DNA of 64,000 bases from Neocallimastix sp. 'constans' (taxonomy: Eukaryota). Shown here piece by piece: positions 23,773 to 37,180 of this stretch. The stretch's first letter is position 1; the number at the start of each line of letters is the position of its first letter. A model generated the notes under the pieces. That model ran no database searches, was not told the DNA's origin, and saw nothing but the letters and a program-made list of their open reading frames with translations. The stretch is taken from positions 434,001-498,000 of the forward strand of contig JBODTK010000119.1 of assembly GCA_050613775.1 (NCBI GenBank). Direction: 5' to 3'. The position numbers were made by a program, and so were the translations under genes.

Positions 23773-24098
23773 TATTAATATTATAAATGCATTTTATTTA
23801 TATTGTTATAATTAAATTTTATATAATTGATTATAAAAATCAATTTAAATTTAATAGTTTCATATATAAAAAGAAAAATAATAATAAAATGTAATTTAGT
23901 GGCAAGAACAACTTTTATGCCTTGAAAAAAAAGTATAAATAGTTGTAAATTTTGCTACTAATTTTTAAATATCATCAAATAAAATCAAATAAATTTATAA
24001 ATAAAAATAATAAATAAATAAATAAAATTTGTGTTTCCTTACTTTATTTTTATTTAATTCTCTAAAACCTTAACATTCAGTTAGTAAAATTAGAACTT

Positions 24099-24151
24099 TG
24101 GTTCAATGGTTAGTTACATTGACCATGACCAATACTTCATGGGTTCGACTC
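24099..24151 (+). promoter_or_regulatory. Pol III A box (TGGTTCAATGG) and B box (GGGTTCGACTC) in solo LTR S
   Basis: Both boxes are close to tRNA consensus; 44-nt spacing; T4 run at 24165-24168. Confidence 0.75.
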
Positions 24152-25173
24152 ACACCTCAACCCATTTTGCATAAATAATTATTTTATTAATTATTTTATT
24201 AATTATTAATAATATTTTCTTGAATATTCTTTCTGTATAAAATTATAGAAAGTTAAAGATTCTTTCGGTTCGTAATTCAACCGAAATGAATTTAGAAATT
24301 CTTATTATATAAATTATTTTATTCTTTTTTGATAAGATTCATTTTCATCAATTAAAATCTATATTCTAGAAACTTTACATTATTAATTATTACAAACATA
24401 TTTCTAAATATTTCTTTAAAATTATTTTTACATGTTAAAACTGTTTTTCCGTTAAAAGTATAAATAGTGCGAACTTCACGAATGAAAATATTTTTCTTCG
24501 TGCTTTTATTAATAATAATTAACGTATAAGTAATTCGAAATATTACCTTGTTGATTAATATTAATAATTATTTTAAATTTTATAATTAATAAAAAATATT
24601 TCTAATAAAACGAATTATTTATACAGATAGTGTAAACCTATTGAGTTTTCTCCTTTCTGTGTTTCTATATCTCATCCCGCCTTTACAATAGAAGCACCTC
24701 CGTTACACCTTCCAAGAAATACTTTTGGTTTTTACCTTTCTTTGATTTCAAGATATACTTTGGTTTCTACCTTTCAAGTTTTACCTTTAGTTACTACTTT
24801 GAATTCTTACTTTAGGCTCCTATATTTTTGCATTATTCAGTGTTTCACTGTGCTTCAACGTTGAATTTCTACCTTTGAGCTTTACTTTTTGTATTTACTT
24901 CTTGTTTTTACTGTTTTGAGTCTTTTCTACCTTTTAGTATTATCCTCTTTATTGGTATCCCTACAACTACTTTGGTGAACTTCTATTCAGATATATTCCC
25001 TTGGTTTTCCAATTACTCCAGGACTTAATTCTACTATTTGATTTCTTACTACTAGTAAACCTTGTGTTTTAAAGCAATCCTAAACATCCTAAAAATATAA
25101 AATTTAGGTTCAGTCTAACAAAATTTATAATCGTATTCAAATCTTGATAAAATTCTTAAAAATTTAATTTAAA

Positions 25174-28100
25174 ATGGAAGATCAAAATAATATTTTAAAT
25201 AATGCTACTCTTAAAGATGGTTTTGCAGGAGACCGTCGTTACTTAAAGGGTTTTTTAGCAAAAATTGAATTGGTTTTTATGCTGTACCCAGACAGATACA
25301 ACACCGATGAAGCTAAAGTCATATATCTTATATCTAGACTTTACGGTGATGCTATGAACTGGGCAGCTACTTTAATTGAAAACAGGGATGACTGTCTTGG
25401 AGATTATCAAGCATTTAGAGAAAGAATGAAAGCTGTTTTCGGAGACAACGACTCAGTATTTATCGCCAATCAAAAACTACGTGTAATTAAACAACGAAGA
25501 CTTGGTGATATTACAAGTTATATTAATGAATTTAATAAATATTCCGATAATTCTTCTTGGAATGAGGATGCAAAAATGGATGCTTTCATTGATGGTCTTC
25601 AAGATTCTATTGCAACAAGAATATTAGAAATGTTTCCTGGTCCCAGAAATCTCCTTTCCCTTCAAACTATTGCAGCAAGAATTGATTCTAGAATTTCTAC
25701 ACATAGACAATTTTTTAATCATAATAAGCATTCAAATGATAATAAAACATGTCCAAAGTTTACTCCAAAAAAGAAATCTTCAAATAACAATAATAAATCT
25801 TTTAGTAAGCTTTCTAATGAAGAAAGAGAAAGAAGAATTAGAGAACATCTTTGTCTTTATTGTGCCGATCCAGATCACATTCGTGAAAATTGCCCTAAAT
25901 TAAAAAAGAATAAACCTTCTTCAAGTTCTCACATTTCAAATCCTGTTTTAAATTCAACTCTTAGGCCAAGAATTTCTGACCAACCTAACCACAGGCTTCC
26001 AATCTTTGATTTCACTCTTTCTATTTCGGACGTTTCAGTTAATTCAAAGATTCTTCTGGATTCAGGTTCTCAACTTAATCTTATGGACGTTTATTACGCT
26101 AAAGAAAATAACATTCCCTATAATGAAAATTCTAAATTACCGAGCGTTTCCGGTATTGGAGGTGATCAATTAATTCTGGGAAAAACTTTACCAATATCAC
26201 TCAAATACGGAAATCACATTTGTCAAGCTGAATTCTACATTGTTGATTTACCCTCTTACTGTGCTATACTTGGTACTGACTGGTTATTCACACACAATCC
26301 GACAATAAATTTCGTAACTAAAGAACTATCCTTTAAGTCTAGCAATTGTATTTCAAATTGTTTACTAACTCCAAATTCTTTTACAGCTCATATTTCTTCT
26401 CCTACAACTGTCCCTTCTACAAAAGAAAAGGAACCTGCTACTGTTGATAGAATATTAAAATTATTGCCTACTATACTTCAACCTTATAAAGATATTTTTG
26501 ATGAAGGATCTGCAAACATATTACCACCACATAGGCAGTATGATTGTGAGATTAAGCTTAAGCCTAACTCTATCCTTTATTATGGCCCTATCTACCCGCT
26601 TACTGATGCTGAGTCTAAAGCTCTTAAAGAATATATTGAAGAAAATCTCTCAAAAGGCTTTATTCGTAAATCCAAATCTCCTGCTGGTGCTCCTGTATTT
26701 TTCGTTTTTAAGAAGAATGGTGAATTACGTATGGTTGTTGATTACAGAAAACTTAACGAAATAACAATTCGGGACTCTTATCCATTACCACTTATTAATG
26801 ACATGCTCGAACATTTAGGTAAAGGTAAAGTATTTTCAAAACTCGATCTCCGTTCTGCATATAATCTTGTAAGAATAAAAGAAGGAGACGAGTATAAAAC
26901 AGCTTTTACCTGCAAGTATGGCCACTTTGAATATTTGGTTATGCCTTTCGGGTTAAAAAATGCCCCAGCTGTTTTCCAACACTTCATTAATGATGTATTC
27001 GAAGATATTCTTGGTACATATGTCTACTGTTATATCGATGATATTATAATCTTCTCCCCAGATATGTCTTCTCATTTTGAACACGTTATCGAAGTTCTCA
27101 AAAGACTTCGTAAAGCTGGTCTTTTTGCGAAACTAGAAAAATGTGAATTCTTTGTCTTACTTAGATTTCTTTGGTCATAGAATTTCTGCTACAGGTATAT
27201 TTATGGATCCCAAAAAGATTTCTTCAATTCTTGAATGGCCTACTCCAACTTGCGTAAAAGAAATTCAATCTTTCCTTGGACTCACAAATTATTATAGAAG
27301 ATTTATTCCTGGATTTGCCAAGTTAGCCCATCCACTTAATCATCTTTTAAGAAAGAACGTTAAATTTGTATGGTCAATTGAAGCTCAAGAAGCTTTTGAT
27401 AATATTAAATCGAAATTTTCCTCTTCTCCGGTCCTTGCTTACCCTGATCGTAACCTACCCTTCACTGTTGAAACTGACAGCAGTAATTTTGCAATCGGTG
27501 CTGTCCTTTCTCAAAAGACTCCTAAAGATAATAAAGTTCATCCTATTGCCTTTTATTCAAGATCTCTCTCTCCTGTTGAAAGAAATTATCCAATTTACGA
27601 TAAGGAACTTTTAGCTATTATTGATTCTTTAGAAAATTGGAGACACTTTCTAAAGGGTGCGACTCATCCTTTTATTATCTACTCTGATCACCGAAACCTG
27701 TTATATCAAAAGAAACCTGAAAAAATGACTCAAAGACTTGTTCGTTGGTCTCTCTTCTTATCAGAATTTAACTTCAAGATTGAATATCGTTCAGGTTCTT
27801 CCAATGGTAAACCCGATGCCTTATCAAGAAGACCTGATTATGCTTTGAATTATGAAATTTCCACTTCTGATATTCCATTTACTGTTCTCCGCCCAGAAAA
27901 CTTTTCTGCTTTTCCAGTCTCTGTTGAAACATTTTCTGAAAAAATCCTTTCCGAATGTAAAACCGATCCATTTTATCATTCCATTTGCGATTACTTAGAA
28001 AACAAGAAATTACCTGTCCCTCATCAAAAAATTAAGGAATTCTCAATTAGTAACAGCTACTTACTTTTCCAAAATAAACTCTATGTTCCTCCCAACTGCC

Positions 28101-29351
28101 GGTCTTTAGCCTTGAAAATTTGTCATGACTCTCCATCCGCAGGTCATTTTGGTTTTAAAAAACTATTAATCTCTTAAATCGTGACTTTTGGTGGCCTTCC
28201 CTTAACTCTGACGCTCAAGACTACATCCGATCTTGCGAAACTTGTTGTCGTTCAAAGGTACTCCGACATAAACCTTACGGATTTTTACAACCTTTGGAAA
28301 TCCCTTCTCGTCCTTGGTCTTCAGTCTCTATGGATTTTATTACTGATTTATCACTTTCCAATGGGTTTACTTGTATATTTGTTACCGTTGATCGTTTTTC
28401 CAAGATGTCTCACTTCATTCCTTTTGCAAATATCCCTTCTGCTATTGATACCGCTTCTGCTTTCATGAAATCGATCTTCAGACTTCATGGACTCCCTGAT
28501 GAAATTCTTTCCGATCGTGGATCCCAATTCACTTCTAAATTTTGGATTGCTATCTGTAAAGCTCTTGGAATTAATATGAAATACTCTTCACCATTCCATC
28601 ACCAAACCAACGGTTTGACGGAGAGGGTGAACTCCGTTGTAGAACAATACCTTAGATGTTTCACAAATTTCAAAGGATTAGATTGGGAGAATTATCTCTA
28701 TTTAGCCGAATTCAGTTACAATAATGCTCTCCAGGAATCTTCTAATTATTCTCCTTTTTTTGCAAATTACGGTTACAACCCAAGACATTCTCCTGAAATT
28801 CCAAGTATCATAAATGTTCCCAGAGCTGAAGAACTTGTGAAGAACTTAACAGATCTATCTAAAGAATTAAAGAAGAACTTAGAGTCTGCAAGCAAAAAGC
28901 AGGAAGAATATGCAAATAGACACCGAATTAAACCTCCAGAATTTAAAACAAACGACAAAGTCTGGCTAAATAGCTCCTTAGTACTCAGAAATAAGAACAA
29001 GAAACTTAAACCAAGAAAACTCGGTCCTTTCAAAATATTCAGAAAGTATCACCAGTTACCTATAAATTAGATCTTCCGAAGAAATTACGAATTCATCCCA
29101 TTATTCATGTCTCAGAACTTGAACCCTACTACGAAGATACTTTTGGAAGAAATCAACCACCACCACCAGTAATAGTCAATAATGAAGAAGAATATGAAGT
29201 CGAGAAAATATTGGATAAAAGAACTTACTATGGAAAAATTCAATATTTAATCAAATGGAAAGGTTATCCAATTTCAGAATCTTCATGGGAACCCGAATCT
29301 AATTTAAATTGTCCTGAACTTCTTAAGGATTTCAATTCAAGGGATAAATAA
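25174..29351 (+). pseudogene. Gag-Pol of chromovirus C with group I chromodomain, broken by about 3 frameshifts
   Basis: CLYCADPDHIRENC, LLDSGS, YIDD, TDSS, integrase, [12 protein letters not shown]...YLIKWKGYP...SWEP; frameshifts near 27150, 28170 and 29040 (real decay or assembly error). Confidence 0.9.
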
Positions 29352-30397
29352 CAAAAATATTCTATTTTATTTTATTTTATTTTATTAATTATATCTAAAC
29401 TCTTATTTATATCAAAATTGAATTTAAATATTTTATTAATATCAAATTATTTTATAAAAAAAAAAAAAAAAAAAAAATTATTTTATCTTTTAATATAGTT
29501 AAATTTATTAAATATTTTTAATTCATGTATGTTAAATGTAAAAAGTTCACTCGTTAGTATATTAAAAATTAATTTTAGTTTAGAATTAGATTCGTCTGGT
29601 ATCCGAATCCTCGAGGAGGACCATGTAACGAATCTTAAAAATAATTAACTTGTCTTAGTTGTTAGTAACTAAGTCACCGATTTGAACTTCTCGAGTTCAA
29701 ATCCGCATAATTTCTTTTTATAAACAAATTTATTTTAAAAAATTCTTATCTTATCAAAAATTATTTTAAAAAGTTCTTATCTTATCAAAAAAAATTTTTT
29801 TTTATCAAAAAATTTTATCAAATTATCTTAATTGGTTTAAAATTACATCATAAAAAATTTCTTTTGAAAATTTTTTGTATAAATACGAATGAATTTTTCT
29901 TCAAAAAATATTTTTAAAAAATCGTGTTTTTTATTAATTATTTAATAAGTAATTTAATTACAAATTTTTAATTAATAAATAAAAAAAAAAAAAAAAAAAA
30001 AAAAAAAATAAAAATAAATTTTAACTTTAAAAAAAATAATAAATTCTTTTTTATTAAAAAACTTTTTACTTATTATTTATTTTTTATACAAACCTAGTGG
30101 TGTTAATTATTTTGGGTTACGCCCCGAATTCACGTTACAATAGGTATAAAAATAGAAAGGATTCCTAATGGTTACCTTTTACATCAAGAAAGATATTTGG
30201 AAGACATACTCGAAAAATTTGGACTAAAAGATTGTAAAGAAATAGGAACTACTGAACCAAGTTTATCTGATAAAGAAGATGATGAAGAATTATTTGATCC
30301 AACAACGTATAGGTCCGCCGTAGGAAGTTTAATATATCTGGCTATCTGTACAAGACCATATATTATTGTTTCTGTGAATAGTGTAGCTCAACATTGC

Positions 30398-33300
30398 TGT
30401 AAAGATATTATTAATATCTTTATAAATTTTAATTAAATTTAATCATAAATTTAAGTAAAATTGAAATAAATCTATTAAAAATCACGTGTATAAAATTATT
30501 GCAAATAATTTTAAACAAAACTTCGACTTCTTCCCAATCATATTAATAAATTAAAAATTTCTCTTGTGAAACTAGTAATTGAAAATCATTTCTTTTTATG
30601 TAATTTAATTTAAATAATAAGAGTTAAGGTTTTTTAATAGATAAATTAACAACATGAAACTATGCAATTAGTCATGTTGAAACTTACGGCATTTTATGCT
30701 AAATTTATATTAAATAATTATGACAACTTTTATATTATTTTAAAATAGAAAATATATAATAAATTTACTAATAATATTTAAATAATAAATAAATAATAAA
30801 TGAACTCAATTAGAATTGATTATATTTATTTTAGTTATTAATTATAATTCTCTTTATTTAGTAATAGTTAATTATTTATTATTAGTTTAGGTTAGTATTG
30901 TTTTTAAATAAATAGTTAGATAATATAATTCAATAGGAATTATATATTCTAAATGTAATAAGATAAAAATATAAATAGTTAACCAAATTTCATGTATTTT
31001 AATCGATGTAATTGTTATTAACGATTTATTGTTAATAACACTAATAAGTAATAAAGATTATTTTAAAATCTAAATATAATAAAACTTATTTGTTTATAAA
31101 ACATTTTTGTGTTATTTAGTGTTATTATAATTTTTGACTTATAATCTATTTTTTAAATCAAAACTTTATAATAACAATTACCTTTTTCTCTCAATAAAAT
31201 ACGTTATAAGTCAAGATTATAACACGTGATACGTTAACAGTGGCTTGTGTGTGGCTTGATTCAAAATATTTTTTTTACCAGTTTTAGATTATTGCTACCA
31301 GTTTCAGAATATTGCCACCAGCTCTATAATATTGCTACCGAAATTACAATTACACGTTTTAGAACAAGATTCGAAAAACCATAAACCTTTAATATTTTAA
31401 TTTATAACGTTACGTTTACTCGACAGCACCGCTTCAAAGGATAGAGCTAGATCGACTAGATGAAAAAACGTTATAGTTTGAAATATTTATTTGTTTGATA
31501 TTTTTGTTAAAGAAATTGCAAAAATTTAAGTCAATTTAAAATAATCAAATTGGAGGGATTTAACAACCTAATAAGAAGATTCGAAGACCTTAACCTGCAA
31601 GAAATGAATCAAGAGAATCATCAAGTTCTGCCCCGTAACAATCAAAAGATTGTTAACGAACCACCGCTATTTTCTGGAATCAAGAAGGACTTTGATGGCT
31701 TCCTTACAAGAGCTGAAATAGCTATGGAAGCCAATCCACAAGGTTTCAATAACGACCATACAAAGGTCAGATTTATAATTTCTTATCTTGTCGGTGATCC
31801 CTTGATATGGGCCTCAAACTTGCGAAGAAATAATGATCCCCTGCTCAATGTTTATGAAGATTTTATTCAAGAATTAAGAAATCAATTTGGAGAGCAGGAC
31901 ATGAGCACAGTTGTCGCAAACGGTAAATTATGCAGCATCCGACAACATAAATTTGGTCATGTTAGTGAGTATATAAATGAATTTAATAAAATCAGCAGAC
32001 ATTCAGATTTTAACGATTCTGCTAAGATTTATATGTTTGTAAAAGGACTTCACTACAAGATGAGGGAGCACCTTGCAGTGGTAAATCCAAATCCCAACAA
32101 CTTAAGAAGACTTTTCACTGATGTCCTTAGTATCGAAAGCTTAACTAAGAGACATGAAATAAATGAATTTTTCTATCATAATTATTACCATCGTAAGGAA
32201 ATAAATAATAATAATCATGCGTCTACTAGTGACCCAATGGAAATAGATTTATACAGAATTAAGAGAGGACAAACGAATACAAGTTACTTCCCTTCTAACC
32301 AGAAATTATATCAAGAAAACTCGAATTCAAGAGATGAAGAAAGAAGGAAAGGATTGTGCTATTATTGTAAAAAACCAGGTCATCGCTATTTTAACTGTCC
32401 AAATAAGAAGAAACCTGCCGGAGTCAAGATTATCAGTAAACAAGAAAACACCGCTACCACACCCTCAAGTAGTTTAAGAAGAATTAGAAGAATCAACAGC
32501 CAAGAAGATATTGTCAAAGTTAGAAAAATCGTGGAAGAACAAAACTCACTTTTGACAAAGAAAAGTAATATCATTGATTTCTATATTAAAACAAACAATA
32601 CAGAAGAAGTAAAAGCAAGAGTTCTGATCGATTCTGGTTCTGATCTTAATTTTATCCATCCTGAATTCGCTAAAGCCTTTGGAATTAAAACAAAAGAAAT
32701 CGAAGAACCTTTCCGTGTTACTGGTCTTGGATATGGTGTTTCATCAGTAAAAAAGGAAACTGAGAAATGCGTTCTTCGTTTAAGGAACCACTTGGAAACG
32801 ATTCAACTCTATGTTCTCAGGATTCCTGATGTTGATATTATCTTGGGTTTACCATGGATCAATAAGCACTCCCCCTACAACTACCATGACGCAAAGAAGA
32901 TTTCTTTCGGATCCGGTTTCTGTGCAAGACATTGTAACAATGGTAAAAGAAAAAGGAAAAACAAGAACAAGAAAAGGAACAAAGGAAAAGAACCTGCTAC
33001 CAACCTAGAAGAAAACAAAGTTATTATTGAAGAATCAAGAAAAAGAAAACCTCTCTTTGACTCTGATTCCGACTCTGACTCAGAAGAAGAAATTTCTATT
33101 CGTGGCCGCCGAACTCGTATTAGAACTTGCTCTGAATTTAATAATTATGATAGTGATAGTGATATTAATGATACTTTTATGTTAGATAATTTTAGTGATA
33201 GCATTAGTGATAGTGATAACTTTAGCGATAGTGATGATATTATTGTTATGAATTGTGATAGTAAAATTAGTACTAATAGTTTAAGGATTTTAAAGAAAAT

Positions 33301-36300
33301 TTGTGAATCTAGTAAATGTAAGAAATTAAATGTAATTGAAAAATGTAATGATGAAGATAATAATTTAAATAAAGATGGTGAAAAGGTCGAAGTACCTGAA
33401 ATCTATTTGATGTTTAAAGAAGTGTTTAATGAAAATAATTGTAATGTGTTACCTCCGCATCGTAATTATGATTGTGAAATTAAATTAAAAGATAATTGTA
33501 GTCTATTTTATGGTCCGTTGTACCCTTTAACTGAAACGGAGAGAGAAGAATTAAAGAAATATTTAGAAGAGAATTTAAAAAAGGGTTTTATTAGGAAATC
33601 TTCTTCTCCTGCTGGTGCACCTATTTTATTTGTTAGAAAAAAGGATGGTACTTATAGACTAGTTATTGATTATAGAAAATTGAACGAAATGACCATCCGT
33701 AACTCTTATCCACTTCCTTTAATTAGTGAATTGTTGGATAGAGTTAAAGGTGCTAAATATTTTACTAAGTTAGATTTAAAATCTGCTTATAACTTAGTAA
33801 GAATTAAAGAAGGTGACGAGTACAAAACTGCCTTTCGTACAAGATGCGGGCACTTTGAATATCTCGTTATGCCTTTTGGGCTTAAGAATGCCCCTGCTAC
33901 ATTCCAACATTTTATAAATGATGTTCTCAGTGATTACTTAGATGATTTTGTAATCTCTTACATTGATGACATTTTAATTTATTCTAATACTTTAGAAGAA
34001 CATCATGTACATGTTAAGAAAGTTTTAAGAAAATTGTTAGAGAATCATTTAGTTGTTAAATTAGAAAAGTGTGAATTTGATGTAACTGAAACTACCTTTC
34101 TTGGTTATGTTTTATCAAGAGATGGAATTAAAATGGATAAAGAAAAAGTTAAAGCAATTTTAGATTGGCCTGTTCCAACAAACGTTAAAGAAATTCAATC
34201 GTTTATTGGACTTTGTAATTATTACAGAATTTTTATTAAAGACTTTGCGAAAATTGCAAATCCTCTCCACAAATTAACTAGAAAAAATGTTCCTTTTAAT
34301 TGGAGTTCTGAACAACAAAAAGCGTTTGATACTTTAAAAGAATTATTTACTACTGCTCCTATTTTGAAACATCCTGATAGCAACAAACAATTCATTGTTG
34401 AAACTGATGCTAGTAATTTTGCTGTTGGTGCAATTCTTTCTCAGGAATTTGATGGGCATTTGCATCCAATTGCTTTTATTTCTACTAGCTTAACTAAATC
34501 CCAAAGAAATTACCCTATCTATGACAAAGAACTTCTTGCTATTAAAGTTGCATTGGAAGGATGGAGACATTACTTAGAAGGAGCTCGCCATCAGTTTATT
34601 ATTTATACTGATCATAAGAATTTAACTTTCCCTCGAAAACCTGAACTTCTTTCCCAACGCCAAATTCGTTGGTATGAATTCTTATCTAGATTTGATTTTA
34701 AACTAATTTACAGAGCTGGTAAAAAGTCAGGTAAACCAGATATTTTATCAAGACGTAGTGATCATTTATTTGCTAGTGTTCGTCCTATTTCATGCGTTAT
34801 TAATTCATGTAGTTTTAAGAATGATTCTTTAATCTCCTCTATTCATGATTCTCTAGCTAATGATGAATTCTATTGCAAAATAACTGAATTTCTTAAAAAT
34901 GATAAATCAAAAGATCCCCCTTTTAGTAAAATCGATAAATTTTCTCTTGACAAAAATGGTTATTTACTTTTTGAAAATTTAATTTATGTTCCCAATAAAA
35001 TTAGAATAAGAGTTTTAGAACTCCATCATGACTCTATTTCTGCTGGTCATTTTGGAATTAATAAAACTATTGAACTTATTTCTCGTAATTTCTGGTGGCC
35101 TAAATTACAAAAAGATGTTAAAATGTTTATTAAATCTTGTGAAATTTGTTCAAAATCCAAAATCCCAAGACATAAGCCATATGGTTTACTTTCTCCACTT
35201 TCTACACCAAATAGAGCCTGGTCTGCTATCTCTATGGATTTTATTGTTGAACTTCCGAAATCCAAAGATATGACCACTATAATGGTTGTTGTGGATCGCT
35301 TAACTAAAATGGCTCATTTTATACCATTTAGATGTCTTCCTACTGCTTCTATTGCTGCTGATTCTTTCATTGCTAATATTTTTAAACTTCATGGTTTCCC
35401 CGATTCTATTATTTCTGATCGTGGTTCTCAATTTACCTCTGATTTTTGGAATCGTCTTTGCTCTCTTTTAAATATTAAGCATTCTTTTTCTACTGCTAAT
35501 CACCCGCAGACTGATGGTCAAACGGAGAGGGTGAACTCGATATTGGAACAATATCTTCGTTGTTTCATTAACGAAAAACAAAATAATTGGTTTGATTTAT
35601 TACCTTTTGCAGAATTTTCTTATAACAATACTTTACAACAATCAATAAATCAATCACCATTTTTTGCAAATTATGGTTTTAATCCGAAATTTAATCCTGA
35701 AATTCCTTCAAATGAGAATCCGCATAGAGCTGAGAAAAGAATATTAAATATTAATGAAAACATTAAATTTTTAAAAGAAAACTTAGAGCAAGCAAAAAAG
35801 ACTTATAAGTAATATGCAGATCTGAAAAGAATGGATTCTCCAGATTTTAAAGTAGGAAATAAAGTTTATCTTTTAAAGGGTAATACAACAAAGAAAAATA
35901 GAAAATTATCTGATCAACTAATAGGACCTTTTGAAATAATAAGAAAAGTTAGTGACTTAGCGTACGAACTTAAACTTCCTAATAATATGCGTTGTCACCC
36001 TGTATTTCATGTTTCACTTCTCGAACCTTACCATGAAAATGAATTTTCAAACAGAAGAAATACTCGTAGAAGAAATATTAATCTTAATACGGATACAATT
36101 GATAGAACTCCTGAAAGAATAATTAAAATGAAAACCTTTAACAATAAGAATCGTTACTTGATTAAATGGAAAGGATGCGATTTTAGTGAAAATACTTGGA
36201 TTGATGAAGATCAAATTCTTGATAGACAATTAATACAAGAATATTACAGAAAAGAAAAGAAGAACAAATCTTCGAATGTTAACAACGAATTCTGTCAACC

Positions 36301-37180
36301 ACCTGATGATGCAAACGAGTACTATGTTAGACATAAATATCAACCTTTTGTAATTGATCTTCCTTCTTAAAGTTAATCTCGCAGGAGCTCGACTTAAGGG
36401 GCGAGATTGTAAAGATATTATTAATATCTTTATAAATTTTAATTAAATTTAATCATAAATTTAAGTAAAATTGAAATAAATCTATTAAAAATCACGTGTA
36501 TAAAATTATTGCAAATAATTTTAAACAAAACTTCGACTTCTTCCCAATCATATTAATAAATTAAAAATTTCTCTTGTGAAACTAGTAATTGAAAATCATT
36601 TCTTTTTATGTAATTTAATTTAAATAATAAGAGTTAAGGTTTTTTAATAGATAAATTAACAACATGAAACTATGCAATTAGTCATGTTGAAACTTACGGC
36701 ATTTTATGCTAAATTTATATTAAATAATTATGACAACTTTTATATTATTTTAAAATAGAAAATATATAATAAATTTACTAATAATATTTAAATAATAAAT
36801 AAATAATAAATGAACTCAATTAGAATTGATTATATTTATTTTAGTTATTAATTATAATTCTCTTTATTTAGTAATAGTTAATTATTTATTATTAGTTTAA
36901 GTTAGTATTGTTTTTAAATAAATAGTTAGATAATATAATTCAATAGGAATTATATATTCTAAATGTAATAAGATAAAAATATAAATAGTTAACCAAATTT
37001 CATGTATTTTAATCGATGTAATTGTTATTAACGATTTATTGTTAATAACACTAATAAGTAATAAAGATTATTTTAAAATCTAAATATAATAAAACTTATT
37101 TGTTTATAAAACATTTTTGTGTTATTTAGTGTTATTATAATTTTTGACTTATAATCTATTTTTTAAATCAAAACTTTATA
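30398..37180 (+). mobile_element. Chromovirus D1 (LTRs 30398-31170 and 36408-37180, 773 bp)
   Basis: Near-identical LTRs TG...TA; TSD ATTGC; removal restores the Copia frame AQHC-KEPK. Confidence 0.95.
31550..36370 (+). pseudogene. Gag-Pol of D1 with one in-frame stop at 35810-35812
   Basis: TAA where D2 has AAA (KKYAD); otherwise complete gag-PR-RT-RH-IN-chromodomain. Confidence 0.9.

Larger units (their letters stand above)
16116..24075 (+). mobile_element. Full-length Ty3/gypsy element EB (LTRs 16116-16948 and 23243-24075, 833 bp), same clade as E2
   Basis: LTRs appear identical; 4-bp TSD TTCA; tRNA-Ala PBS 16955-16971; PPT GGGGCATCT; intact ORFs. Confidence 0.95.
16100..24707 (+). mobile_element. 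Solo LTR S (16100-16115 plus 24076-24707), related to the C LTR, split by EB
   Basis: TGTAACG...CGTTACA terminal IR; 5-bp TSD CCTTC (16095-16099, 24708-24712). Confidence 0.9.
15377..30139 (+). mobile_element. Chromovirus (Tf1/sushi-like) element C. 5' LTR 15377-15873 lacks its first 5 nt (displaced by the insertion array); 3' LTR 29624-30139
   Basis: 3' LTR reads TGTAACGAATCTTAAAA...CGTTACA; the 5' copy starts at CGAATCTTAAAA; PPT GAGGAGGA; single gag-pol with chromodomain; inserted in Copia RT. Confidence 0.92.

Noticed and set aside
24092..24165. Bona fide tRNA gene in LTR S or LTR C
   Set aside because: A/B boxes are present but the T-stem and acceptor stem do not pair; no cloverleaf
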